DNA from: Balanoglossus misakiensis
Lineage: Eukaryota > Animalia > Hemichordata
Length of the DNA stretch: 64,000 nucleotides
Direction: 5' to 3'
NCBI GenBank assembly: GCA_040954595.2
Contig: CM082577.2
Coordinates: 868,001 to 932,000, forward strand
Part shown: piece by piece, positions 1 to 12,171 of the stretch
Numbering within the stretch: position 1 is the stretch's first letter
How the letters are laid out: every line of letters starts with the position of its first letter
The notes under the pieces: generated by a model
Told to the model about the DNA's origin: nothing
Database searches by the model: none
Seen by the model: only the letters and a program-made list of their open reading frames with translations
Made by a program: the position numbers and the translations under genes

Positions 1-234
1 CCGTAAATAATCCATTTTTTCCATCACGACTATTGCACAGCCTGTACATTTGCTCAGCACTGCGAGTGCATGTGTCGATCATGTGGACATGTTTACCAAG
101 GTGCATCATGGGCGAGAGGGGGTTTCCCCATCTTTTATAGGACACAAAATGATGTCATACGCACAATACATGCATTTACTTCAGTGACGGGGGCTGACAC
201 GGATACGTGTTTAATGTTCATCCTTATTCTACAG

Positions 235-3200
235 GTCGCCAAATGAAAGCGCCAACCTCGATGGTGCCGCTCCATATTGACCATGATGCTTCATTAACCG
301 ACATGCAACACTGTGCATTGTGTCGGCCATCATGGGCTGTCAGTGGAGGTAACTGCTATAATGCAAGAAATGAAATCTGTTGCAATGGAATCATCTATGA
401 AAAGCGACACCAAAATCTCCAGTGCTGTAAGTTTAACATACTTAGTTGTGCATCATCAGTACTGTTTGAAACATTCGTCGAAAAAAAAACCTCGTGTAAC
501 AGAATTCATGTTCAATTTATATTTATGATTTGCATATGGTGACATCTATACAGTCCCAACGATGATTGGTTCAATTAATTTTCCAGGTGGCGACACACTT
601 TATGACGCGAGTGTTGAAGTTTGTTGTGTAAACATAATTCACTCCATCTATCGACCGAAACTAAGGAATGATTCTGCAAACATAATTGATGTTTATCCTG
701 TGAATGAAAACGGTCACGAATCATACAAATGTTGCGGTATCCATCTTTATAACCCAGTCGAAGACTTATGCTGTGGCGAGGTAATCATTTTTTCTTGTCT
801 TTCTTTTCAAGTCGTTTTAATATGCCAGAATTGTTGACAGGAGTTTTACTGAATAATAATTGCAATGGTAAAAACCTGCAATTCATCCTTTCGCCACAAA
901 CTAAGATTTTTTAAGGGATTACTCGATCTGCGAAGCAAGACATATTTGTAGTACGTATCGTGACAGCCATATAGACGCGGCGAAAAATAGTTTACCAATC
1001 AGTTATTTTATGTGCAGCAGCATCTGATATGACCCAAAAACTCAATATATTGTATATTTTCATCTTAGTTTCTTATGTATATTTTTCGTACAGCATAAAC
1101 ACAAGCGGAACGGTATAAATGAATGTTGTGGAATACACTCTTATAATCCTACTGCGCATGTCTGCTGTGAGGGAAGGAGAAGACGCAAAGAAAATCGCAA
1201 CACTTCCTGTTGTGGAACGGAACCGTTTGATCCGGACACTGAGGTCTGCTGTGATGGAAAGGCATACAAATCAAACGGTAAATAGATTTCTAAAGACAAA
1301 TGAGTGTTATCTCAACTAACACTAAACACCACAGTTGTCGAATACTTTAGATTCAATTTGTTTTTCACGCTCTGTTAACCCAAGTTTTATAAACTAAACA
1401 TGAAATACGCATTTTATTAAATGGATCTGGAGCTTTGGGGTCTATAATAGGTTGCTAGTTTAGGTAGAAACTAGAATAGGTGCAGAGTTTAACAAAAATT
1501 ATGTGCCGTCTAAAACTATGGGCCAAGTTTTGTTTTGTCCTGTGCCACGAGAATGTCCTCCCATATAAATCGCCTAGCCTCGCGAAATCTCGCAGGGTCT
1601 CGTTGAGTTCAGAAAATGGTCTATCATACTCATAGCCTTCCAATGCATTCATCTGATTTTCACGTAGGAAACAGTAGCGATCAGAATCCTTGCATGAAAG
1701 AGCCTCGTGATATAGTGCGTATTGACCATCCGGGACCTGAACAATCATCTTGTGCTGACGTCACTTACAATCCGCTGAATGAAACATGCTGCAATGGGCT
1801 CCTGTACCTCGCTGATTCACATCTGTGTTGCAACGGCCAAGTTGTCTCGCTGCAAAATGGAACTTTCAACAGTCAGAGCGGGCGCTGCTGTGGGAGGCGC
1901 CGCCATGTTCAAGTGTACGACCCGGAAAAGCAGATGTGTTGTGACGACAGTCTATATGACCGTGACTTTTCAGGTAAGAGTGTTTCGGTAAAATCTTCGT
2001 GAAGAATCTACAAAGCAGAATATCTTTTCATCTTCGCTTACAGCACAGACCCTATTCTTTTCTATAATATTAGAAGAACATCATACAGATTTAGAGCAAA
2101 TTCATAATTAAGAAAGTGTAAGGTTTCTCTTAAACTGTAATAAATTTGTATTTTTCTGTGCAATGTTTTAGGCTGTGAGAGTGTGAAGAAGGTATGGTAT
2201 GTGTCGAACAATGGCGGAAAGGACGGTCAGGAATGTGGTAAGACACGTGACAAAGCTTGCAAAACACTGCCCTATGTTGCTCACTTCTTGGACTGGGGTA
2301 GTGTGCTGATGGTCGACGGGAAAGACACTGAAAGGCATCCCTACAACGTTTGTGGAACGGGCGAAAATGAAGAACACGGTAGCCTGGGACTTACATTCGA
2401 CATTTCGCTGAGCATCATTGGTTACAATGGTCGGGTTTACATTGATGGTGGTGAAGTTCAATGTCAAGTTTTCGTCTTCAACGGTACTGGTACAAACGCA
2501 CTCGGTAAGCAAATGATGGTTATGTTACAGGGCATCTCAGTGGTGAGCAGCGCTGCATCGTACCACGATGCAGTCGTTACCGTTATCGACGCCAGCTTGC
2601 TGATCACAGATTGTTATTTCATCAATAATGCGATTGGATATGCGTTGAAGTACATTCTGAGCAATGATATTAATCTTTTTACCTATCACTTACAAATTAA
2701 CGACACTTTCTTCATCCGCAACGGAGGAGGACTGGCGGTGGTGATGCCAATTTCCAATGAGACGAAGAATACCCTAATTATAAACATTTCTGGAAGCATC
2801 TTTCGCGAAAACACACAAGGAGGCGCCCTTGTATTGCAGAATGTTGGAACGGTGTCGATCATATTTTCTGCCTACAACTGCACTTTTCAAAACAACCAGG
2901 GAGGAACCGGGGGTGCTGTGAACATTTATTCGAGTTCAGTTGACGGGACTGATGCAACACCGCCACCATACGTAGACAAGGTTGAGGAACCCTTGGAACT
3001 TGCTTGCCGCCCACGACCTCATTTTGACGATGGTTACTTCCCTTCATCCGAGGCAGTGTCGACATATAGGTCTAGTCGTTGCCTGCTTGGCGAGTTGGGA
3101 CACCGCGTGTCAAAGAACGAAACAGAGAAGTCGTTTTATTTCTCCTTCAGTAGCGTTGAATTCTTGGAAAACAAAGCAAACACGAAAGGAGGAGGGTTGT

Positions 3201-6200
3201 TCGCTGACCTGAAACCATCAATGGTTTTTCTCAGTTTTAAAGATTCCTTATTCGTCGACAACTCGGTCAACGATAAAACCGGCAGAGGAGGAGCCGCGTT
3301 CATCAATGGCGGTCACACCACCCTTCAATCGTGCATTTTAAAGAACAATTCAGCCCCCTTCCTCGGTGGGGCGTGGTACAACGACGAACTAACAGAGAGT
3401 CTGAACATTACCGATTCAAACTTCACAACCAGTATTTCTACCAATACTCGAGTTGGGGAACTTTTGTTTTCTAACAGCAAGGGACCAATAGCTATATCAA
3501 ATACAGGTTTTGAAGTCGACAGCAAGATCAATGACGACATCACAATACTTCTGCACAACGGAGAAGGTGAATACATGGTTGACAGCGATACTGAAGTGAT
3601 ATGTCCGATGGGTTACACTCTTACAGTAGCTCATGATAGTCAATGCAGCATATATAACCTCTCGTACACTTGTCTTCCTTGCCCCAAATCTAAATACTCC
3701 TTGGAAAGAGCTCACAGTTATGGAACAAATATTGCGGATAATGTCACCTGCATCGACTGTCCATCAGGAGCCAACTGCGAGCACGCCGCGCCACGGGCAG
3801 CGCCGAACCACTGGGGGTTTGAAACAGATCTAGAAGAATCCATTTTAAAGTTCGTGTCTTGCCCAAGCGGGCGCTGTTGCACAAGCCGCGACAAGGACCA
3901 CTGCGTCGATTTCAATTCGTGTCCGCACAATCGAAGCGGGACGCTGTGTTCGACATGTGAGTCTACCCACAGCGCTGTGCTGGGATCCACAGTTTGCATA
4001 AGGAAAGAAAGATGTCATGAGGGTGCCCTATACATTCTAGCTGTACTGTCGATATCTATGGCTGTGCTCTTTGTCGCGTTGTTCCTATTTAAAGTACCCA
4101 TAACCAAATTCATATTTGGTGAGGTAACGTTCATCGAATCGAATGAGAGTAGCAAAGACATCCGAATGAGTAACATGGCGGAATCAATGTCCGTTAGCAA
4201 GAAGGAACGACCTTGGTTGCGAGTTCAAGGTCTACCCTCGGAATACTCTGACGATTATATCAAGATATTATTTTTCTATTATCAAGCTGTAGATTTGGTG
4301 ATATTTGACAGAACGACCGATCCATACTCGCCAAGCGAAAGTTTCACTAAGTTTGTGGTAAAATTGTTTAATTTCCAGATAATTACACCCTTTTATGTGA
4401 CCTGCTTTCAAGATACCTTCGATATTCTTCGTGGTCTGATACTTCCTGAAAATGGGTTTCTAAGTTACGTTTGGTTGATGGTTATGCTCATTATCTTCGC
4501 TGTCGTCACATTCAGTAGGAGAAAATCAAAGTTGAATAGAAACCTTTCAGGTTATTCTGAATGTTTAACCCGAGCATCACTGTACGTGGTCATATTTGGC
4601 TATATCGTCATCGCAAGGAAAGTCTTCACACTTATGGATTGTACTGACATCAATGGTAGTCCAACTTTGACATACTACACAAACGTCCCCTGTGGCTTGT
4701 GGTGGTGGTACGCGCTGTATGTTTATATGGTTGTTGCAATTTATCCGTTTTGGTTTTCAGTTATTGTAGGATCTGTCCTTCTGGAGAAGAGATGCATCGG
4801 AATAAGGGGGTTTATCTTCGCCTGCATCTTTCCTCTTCCGTTCTTGTTTTTGACGACATTTTTTCTTTGCTTGAGGAAGCGATGCACAAGGTTCAAAGAA
4901 CTAAGTTCCGAGTCGCCTATTGGCAAATCGACAGAACGCGATACAACTTTTACTGCCCTTGGTGTCATCCAGGCGCCGTTTGAAAATAATCTACGAAGGT
5001 ATTGGGAGGGAGTACTCATGTTCGGTCGCCTGGTACTGCTCCTCTGCTATTTTTATGATTTTCAGAATATTTTGCTGCGTTCCGTGTTAATGATATTGAT
5101 ATGTGGGGTACTGGCCATTGTGCATATACTGGCGCTGCCATTTTCGACAAAATCATCTAACTGCTTCTGCATAATTTCTCAGCTGTTGCTTGTACTGGTT
5201 GCTTGTTTGAACTTGCTCGATGTTTTGTCTCAGTCATATGTGTTGTCTTTCGCTGAACCAGAAGGGTCTTTGGACTACTGTCTGGAATGGCTGGAATTTT
5301 CATTCGTTCTGATCCCGTTTGTGGTCGTAGCCATTTTTGTTGTCATAGGGCTCATCTGTCGCACACATCGGCGCATAAGGGGAAGAAAGCCGGAATCTGT
5401 AGAGTCTGAGAGCTACGGAGGTTCTTCAGAGCGAGAATCCTTGATTAGCGATAATCCTGACCACCGATTCAAACCAGTTTATGAAAATCCAATAGACGTG
5501 GAGAGTGCAAAAGGTCAAAATAAAAACGATGGAGCCACAAATGGAAGCAAGTCTAAAAAATCAAGTGCGGTTCTGATAGACAGTGGATATCAAGGCTCGA
5601 ACACCGTCTCTGACGCTTGTCAATCACAACAGGTGGACACTAGTGGGATTTCAAAGCGTGAAGATTTTTCTTCAGAGACGAGTAGCCAACGGCACAGTAT
5701 TGACTTCACAGGAACAGTGCTTCTGGAACATCATATGCAGGACAAGGAAGAGGAAACTTCCACACCTGCTAACAGTGCAGTGGCCGTGGCCGATGTTCAT
5801 TATTCCGACAGTGCATGCTGTTCAGATTCGCCCTCGGAAAGACATCTAGAGGTATATAATTGGCGCGATGACCAGGTGTACATCTTGGCATGTTTGGATC
5901 AATTCAACAAAATAGTGAGCGGACTGCCAGATCCAAGCTTACTGTCTTCTACCAATTTCACCACAAATATATTCGCTGCAGGGCAGTTTGACCACGAGGG
6001 CGGTCACCTGACGATAGAGCAAGCCGGAGTCAACCTGTTCATCCCGCCAGGAGCTTTGTCCGAGTATGACGAACCGAGAAAGATCCACATATGCGTATCG
6101 GTCGTCGATCGTGAGTACCCGTGCCTGGGTGCCAATCAAACCGCTCTGTCTGCCGTGATACGGTGTAGCCCACAAGGTTTGAAATTCCAGAAACACGTCC

Positions 6201-7174
6201 TGCTGTCTGTCAAGCACTGTACGACTCCGACGAACGTCAGTGGAGGTTTCCAGCTGTTGGCCAGCGACACTGCCCTCAACCAACCCACGAAGTGGTACAA
6301 CGCCAGCGAGACTGGAAAGTTGTTGTGCATCTGTCAGGGAGAAGACGCAATTTCTTTCACCAGCGCCTTGAGTAACTTCATGGTCACCAGTAACGTCGTC
6401 AACTTGATGACGTTCCGGATTGGCGCCTTCGTGACCAATATCAGTGACATGTCCACCAAACTAAGAATCCGTCTGTGGAGGGCCACTCCTGCTGACACCG
6501 AGGTAATTCACACGGGGAGGACACGAACTTGATTCAAAAGCATTAGAGTTATAAAGAGTGAAGGGCAATAACAGTCAAGTTATATTACAGATGTTAATTT
6601 TGCATTTGTGGGGACATTTCATACGCTTTGTTTTGTTTTTACGTATTTTCTTGAAATAAAACCTGACATCAAGATTTTTTTTATCTTGTAGCTTGTGAAC
6701 GTGAAGGAGTCCAGTGTACGTGGAAAGAAAATAAGTACCGACTGTGAAATTCTGCTTCATAAAAATGGACGAGGCCTGCACGTGGAACTCCAAGATCTTT
6801 CCTGCAACTGGAAAACATTGGACGGCCCTACAAAAGTAAGAGCTTTAACACCGCTTTTGCGCGAATGTGAATACGGCGGTTTGACTTTTAAAACTGTGTA
6901 CAGACAGATCTAACATTTTTGATAATTTGCAATCATTGATAACTTGCAGTTAATTGGTGATTTCTTTCATCTATTGCAGATAATCCCGTACGATTTAATA
7001 TGGCAACAGACTCACAACACTGGACCGTCACCAGTTGTCACATTTCTGCTAGAAATGCCTCGTCGTGGATCTTCTCAAAATCCACTAAGTGCGTCAGTAA
7101 CTGTTTCTGATGACACTGATCAGTCTCTGGTCGCAAAATTTGATATTGCGGAAATCAATGAACACGTTGTGTGA
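235..7174 (+). CDS. Large multi-pass membrane protein, 5' end outside the window: galaxin-like CC repeats + right-handed beta-helix (PMP-like) + Cys-rich linker + ~10 hydrophobic segments + ZU5-UPA. Exons 235-426, 587-780, 1094-1277, 1668-1973, 2172-6502, 6692-6835, 6980-7174
   Basis: All junctions are GT-AG and keep frame into the 1449-aa ORF. Repeats such as YNPVEDLCCG, YNPLNETCCNG and YDPEKQMCCD are galaxin/usherin-like. FxxN and GGA(V/L) repeats (FQNNQGGTGGAV, FVDNSVNDKTGRGGAA) indicate a beta-helix. CLPCPKSKYSL, CIDCPSGANC and NRSGTLCSTC form a Cys-rich linker. FAAGQFDHEGGHLTIEQAGVNLFIPPGAL...LSAVIRCSPQGLKFQKHVLLSVKHC is ZU5. IPYDLIW...VTFLLE is UPA-like. Confidence 0.85.
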
Positions 7175-8666
7175 GGCACGTTTAGTAATGCAAATGCGTG
7201 AGTCTGGGGTGGTGTACTTAGGCCGACACTGCTATCAAACTTGCCGCCACACTTTCTGACGTCATACTTGTCGCAGCTGTAAGAAACATCAAGCAAATTC
7301 AAATATCTTGGCACAAACTGGTTGATTGCCATGGGAGCCACAGCAACATCAAGCGATGCTTTTGTGAAAATGACGAGAAAATCCGAAGACAAAATCACCA
7401 GGACTATTTGGTCTAGTCTCACCTGTTAGTATTTGCATTACAATGCATGTACTGGCTGTGATAATTTCGAAAGAATTGAGATGTGCATGTCTGTCTCTGT
7501 TAAGAAATTTCACAGTGGCGTGACGTATACAGCTGTAAGAAGACTGCTCAATCAGCCACCATAAATTGATGTCCCAAAAGTCGACTACTTTCATTACTTG
7601 GCAGTCCAGCTAATTGGTAGTTCTAGCTTCAAATCATTACAGTAGCACACATATCTAAGATGTTGATAATGTGTCATTTTGTTCACAATGTCATATGACA
7701 CGAATTTATGCACTTGCACTTTTCAAATCAATATTCACGTAGATTTCGGATTTTAAATGTTGGCCTAGACATTTTTTACATTACACAAACAGACTACACA
7801 GGAGGATTCGACCTGGTCATAGGATCTTGGTCATTTACTCACCAGTAAATAACCATGATGTAGGCCTATATGTATCTAGCACGTGTAGACTGGTGTATTA
7901 TACACAGCACAGCATATTTTACAATGGAAGAAATCAATCAATTTACCAATCGGTCATTAGTTACACGCAATCCGTGGTTTTGACGAAAACGACCAAAGAC
8001 ACGTGCAGTTAGAGTTATAAAAAGAAGTATTAAATATTTATTTGCATTTAAACGCCTTCGTCATGTCTTTTATTGCAGTTCGTGTATAAATAAATAAGCA
8101 GGTATTCAATCTTGCAGATCGTTTGTCATTTATTTTCAATCTGAAAGAAGATATATTTCTCAGTGTTCTGTAAAGCACCTGGAAGTATTATGTTTCATAC
8201 TCTATGGTAATCCGACATACAATTTTCAAGTAATTAGTGCGATTTTTCACATAAACAGGGCACTCAAACTTTCTTTCAAAATACTACAAACGCTCGGGAT
8301 TGAGATGGTCTTATGAGGATGCCCAAATATCAATTATGACAAGACTATAGTGCCTTAAAACATTTAACGTTTTAATACATTTCACACTTAAATAAATACA
8401 ATTCACCGGTCTGTTAGATTCTTAATGCTTGATGTCTTTATGATAAGACTCGCGTAATAAACTGTTTCGGTTTTAAAAAGTCATCACCATCTATAGCATT
8501 TATTTCTTACTCCCGATACCATCCTCATCGCACGAAGATAAACGTCTCTTTGGTGATTGTCACCGATGCAGGGTACCAGCCAAGCAAGTATATATAAAAA
8601 GAAGGCATTAGCAACAGTCTGTATAGAGGGCGCTGGTTGACGACCCGCACATGTGTGAAATCCAAC

Positions 8667-11510
8667 ATGGCGCTCTCCATCAGAAACATTCGCGTGCGGC
8701 TGTGTTTTGATGAACCACCGACGCACTATCCGCGAATGGTGTGGTATTTGGTAGATTTAGAGAGCTCCAGATTTGTATCCGACCTTGAAAGCCACATAAA
8801 ATCACGCTTTTCCATCAGCAGGTACACACACGTGCATTTATACTTAGACGAGTACCTGCTTCCGTCAAATGAAAGAATCGACGTCGTTCGTGAAAATGAT
8901 GTTATCCGGTAAGTTTTCAGGGATTGGGACTGCAAATTTACAAACATTAATTAGCACTGTGAGTAGGACACCACCTTTGGCAGTTTCATGGACAGAGTAA
9001 ATGAAATGCCGAGTTATTTCTGCAGTAGTGAGGGAAATTATTTTTCAATGGGACATTTCAAACACATGTAGCATACACAATATTGCATACCCTGCAGCCT
9101 AGTCCAAGCTTCAGATGAAAGGCGATTGCTAGGTTATGGTTATACAAAAATAGGGCTATTTGTTGTGTGCTTTGTCCATAATTAAAGTATTGGACTTGCC
9201 TTGGCTCCTCTAAGCCTAGCTTTGTACATGTCTGTACACCCGGTTGGGCTACTCTATTGAGCCATATTTTGTTAACAAAAATTGAACTGTGTCATAATAT
9301 TGATCTGTTTGCAGAGTAACGCAGGAAGTTATAAACTTTGATGATTCAGAGATGACAGATATAATACCCAAATTAAAAAAGAAGAAGAAAAAGAAGACAA
9401 AGATTGCAGTGATAAACCACCTGTCCAGCCAACACATAAACCTGCCAGACACTGGGCCGTCAGGGTCATTGACTACAAGCAATGATGAAACACAAACTGT
9501 AAACCGTCGGACAAAGCAGAGAAAAAGAAAGAAAAGTCAGATGGATGAGATGAAAGTGGACTTAATGCCTCCCAGAGAAAAGGTTCAGAAGGTTGCCAGT
9601 TCATCAGAGAAAAGGAAGGATAATATGAAGACAAAGTCACCAAAAATTTCACCAAAAAATAATAAAGAGAAACTAAAGACGTCTAAAGTAAGGACTAACC
9701 AAGCGAATTCTGATGGAGGTCGGCAAAAAGAGACCAATAGAGAAGGAAGCGCTATTGGAAAGCACACAAGAAAACAGACAAAACAAAACACTGTAAATAG
9801 TATAGTAACAGAAACAATAAACCACAATAAAGTTGTTGCTGTTAGGAGAAATGATACTGCCTCTACAGACAACCACATCAGGTTTGAATCAGACGAGGAA
9901 TCGACTAGTGACAAAAGTCCGGGAAATGGAGTTAATGCCTCAACTCCTATCAGCTCAACAGCAGCAGAAGTAAAGAAAGCAGATCAAATTTCCAATCACA
10001 AAAAACATTCTGATTCTCAGTCATCATCATCATCCTCATCATCGAGTTCAAGTTCAAGTGAAAGCGATTCAGAATCTGATTCAGAGCAACCAGTCAAGGT
10101 CTCTGAAGAAACCTGCCACCAAGCTGTGAATGGACTGAGTTCCACAGAGACTGAAACACAGAATATAACAAATGAAGCAGTGAATCATGATGCTGATGAA
10201 AATGGTGAAATGGACACAAGGTGTAATCAAAGGAAAAGTCCACAGAAAAGAGGGAATCCGAGATGGAAAATGGGAAAGAAGGAACAACTGAACACAAAAC
10301 TTACCAATATATCCTATTTTATACAGGTTAGTTCATGATTCATTCACTAGTGAGTAGTTTGTAGGTACTAGTAACATAATGTTTCAAAAAGTGCCACCAA
10401 AAATGTTCCATTCAAGCAGTTTACTAGGAATGATGTATTACAAGACCTGTGGACTATCTTCAAAATCATCAAACATAAAGTTATCTTCCCAATAATATAT
10501 GCATGGATTTGTTTTATATTCTTGCTTAGAATGATCCTGAAGATTCTCCAAGAATTTCTCATAGAAGACCACCACCACCCATACCAAGTCAAACTCCACC
10601 TCCACCAAGGAATTATGACACACTTCAAGTCTTGCATGGACCACCTAGAGTTGGAGACAAAATTGCGTACAAGGTATTTATGTGTAATATTTGTTCCTGT
10701 TCCAAAACTTCCCACAGAGGGTGCTGTTGGTGATTGATTTCACAAATTTGACATATAACTGGAGACAGCCTCAGTACATGTTGACAGAAGAAACAGTGAT
10801 GCCATGCTGCATACGCGCTGCAGAACCATACTACGGTACCATATCTTTCTGTCATTGTAAAGCACACTACTTCAATTTTCCCTGTCTGATTTATTTCAGA
10901 TCCTGGAAATGTCACCCTCATACACTCCAGAGATTTCAGAGTATAAGGTGAGAGATAAAGAACGTTAGTAATTATGATTTTTCATGTCTTCTTGAATTAT
11001 TAATGTTTTATTCTCTGGTTTATCAGCAGCTTGTGTTGGTCTGTGATGGCTCATAGTCGATCTACTGAACACACAGTCCAAAATCTCATCCCATCCATCC
11101 ATTTCTTTCTGTTCCGTACATTTGATCCTTAGTATTCCATGTTCTTCCATTTCATTCCAGGAAGGCACTGTGACAGAGTTCAATCCAGTATCCCAGGAAC
11201 TAGAGATTGATCTGAACTTTGATCCTTCATTGACAAAAGACCAGATGTTTCCAGGAAAATTCGACTTGGTGTATGAGGATGAAGATGTGGAGGAAGGAGA
11301 AAATCTCACGGAAAATGAAGTTGCTGCCCCTAACAAGGTTTGTAAAGAGACTTTCGTCAACTCATATACTCAGTACTTTTGGTAATGTTTCATCATGGGA
11401 GTGCTTTTTTGCAATATTTCCTGCAGAAGAATGACATTTTTTTCCATTTTTTCTCCTTTCAGGTTACAGTCAGCTGGACATCATTGATTGAACCAAAGCT
11501 GATCACATGA
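8667..11510 (+). CDS. COIL: Coilin (Cajal body scaffold). Exons 8667-8908, 9315-10326, 10530-10673, 10900-10947, 11161-11337, 11463-11510
   Basis: The N-terminal domain reads IRVRLCFDEPP...VSDLESHIKSRF...LYLDEYLLPSNERIDVVRENDVIRV. The middle is basic and Ser-rich. The C-terminal Tudor-like region reads PRVGDKIAYKILEMSPSYTPEISEYKEG...PGKFDLVY...VTVSWTSLIEPKLI. All introns are GT-AG and in frame. AATAAA at 11601. Confidence 0.93.
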
Positions 11511-12171
11511 TACCTATAAAGAGCATGAACTCTCAAGAAATCATGTGTTGACTCATGTCTCTTACCTGTATAAGTTTTATTTTTCGCGTCATTTTATTAT
11601 AATAAAAAAATATTTTACATAACTGGTACGTCAAATAATTTCTCCAAATGAATCTACAGTCAGCCTTTGCAGGGACAATGCTGCAAAATGTCTTCATGCC
11701 TCTACAGTTTTGCAATGCAGACAGACTATTGAACAAAGTTTATGCTGGATACTACTATGTAATGCAAATGCCTTCATAGCCAATTATGACAGGATGTTCA
11801 AAATCTATGCTCATACAGAAGTGAACTTTAATGACATTCGTATATATTCAAAAGAGTATCGGCTATGCTTTGTGTGGAGTAGAATGCTGGAAAATATCAA
11901 GAGACGAAGGTCGATGAACTCATTGTACCATAGATTACATCTCATCACGTACAGCACTTACGTCATATACCGGTAGCTATTCAACAGCCATACACAGAGA
12001 CAGCTGACTGCATTTTGGTGGCCTATTATCGTATCTGTACGATTCCGGAGGTGTGTCGGCTTATTCAAATACGTGTGGGTCACCTGATCTGTTTCGGCGT
12101 TTGTGATTGGAAAAGGCAAGGTCATGCCTGAAAATATTGCACATCACGATATAGAGCGACCTGAAGTAGTG

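Noticed and set aside
2183-3600. Bacterial (chlamydial PMP/autotransporter) contamination
   Set aside because: The ORF is joined by canonical spliceosomal introns to flanking exons, has no autotransporter barrel, and sits among animal genes.
5950-7174. UNC5 netrin receptor orthologue
   Set aside because: There is no Ig/TSP1 ectodomain, the protein is multi-pass rather than single-pass, and no death domain is seen.
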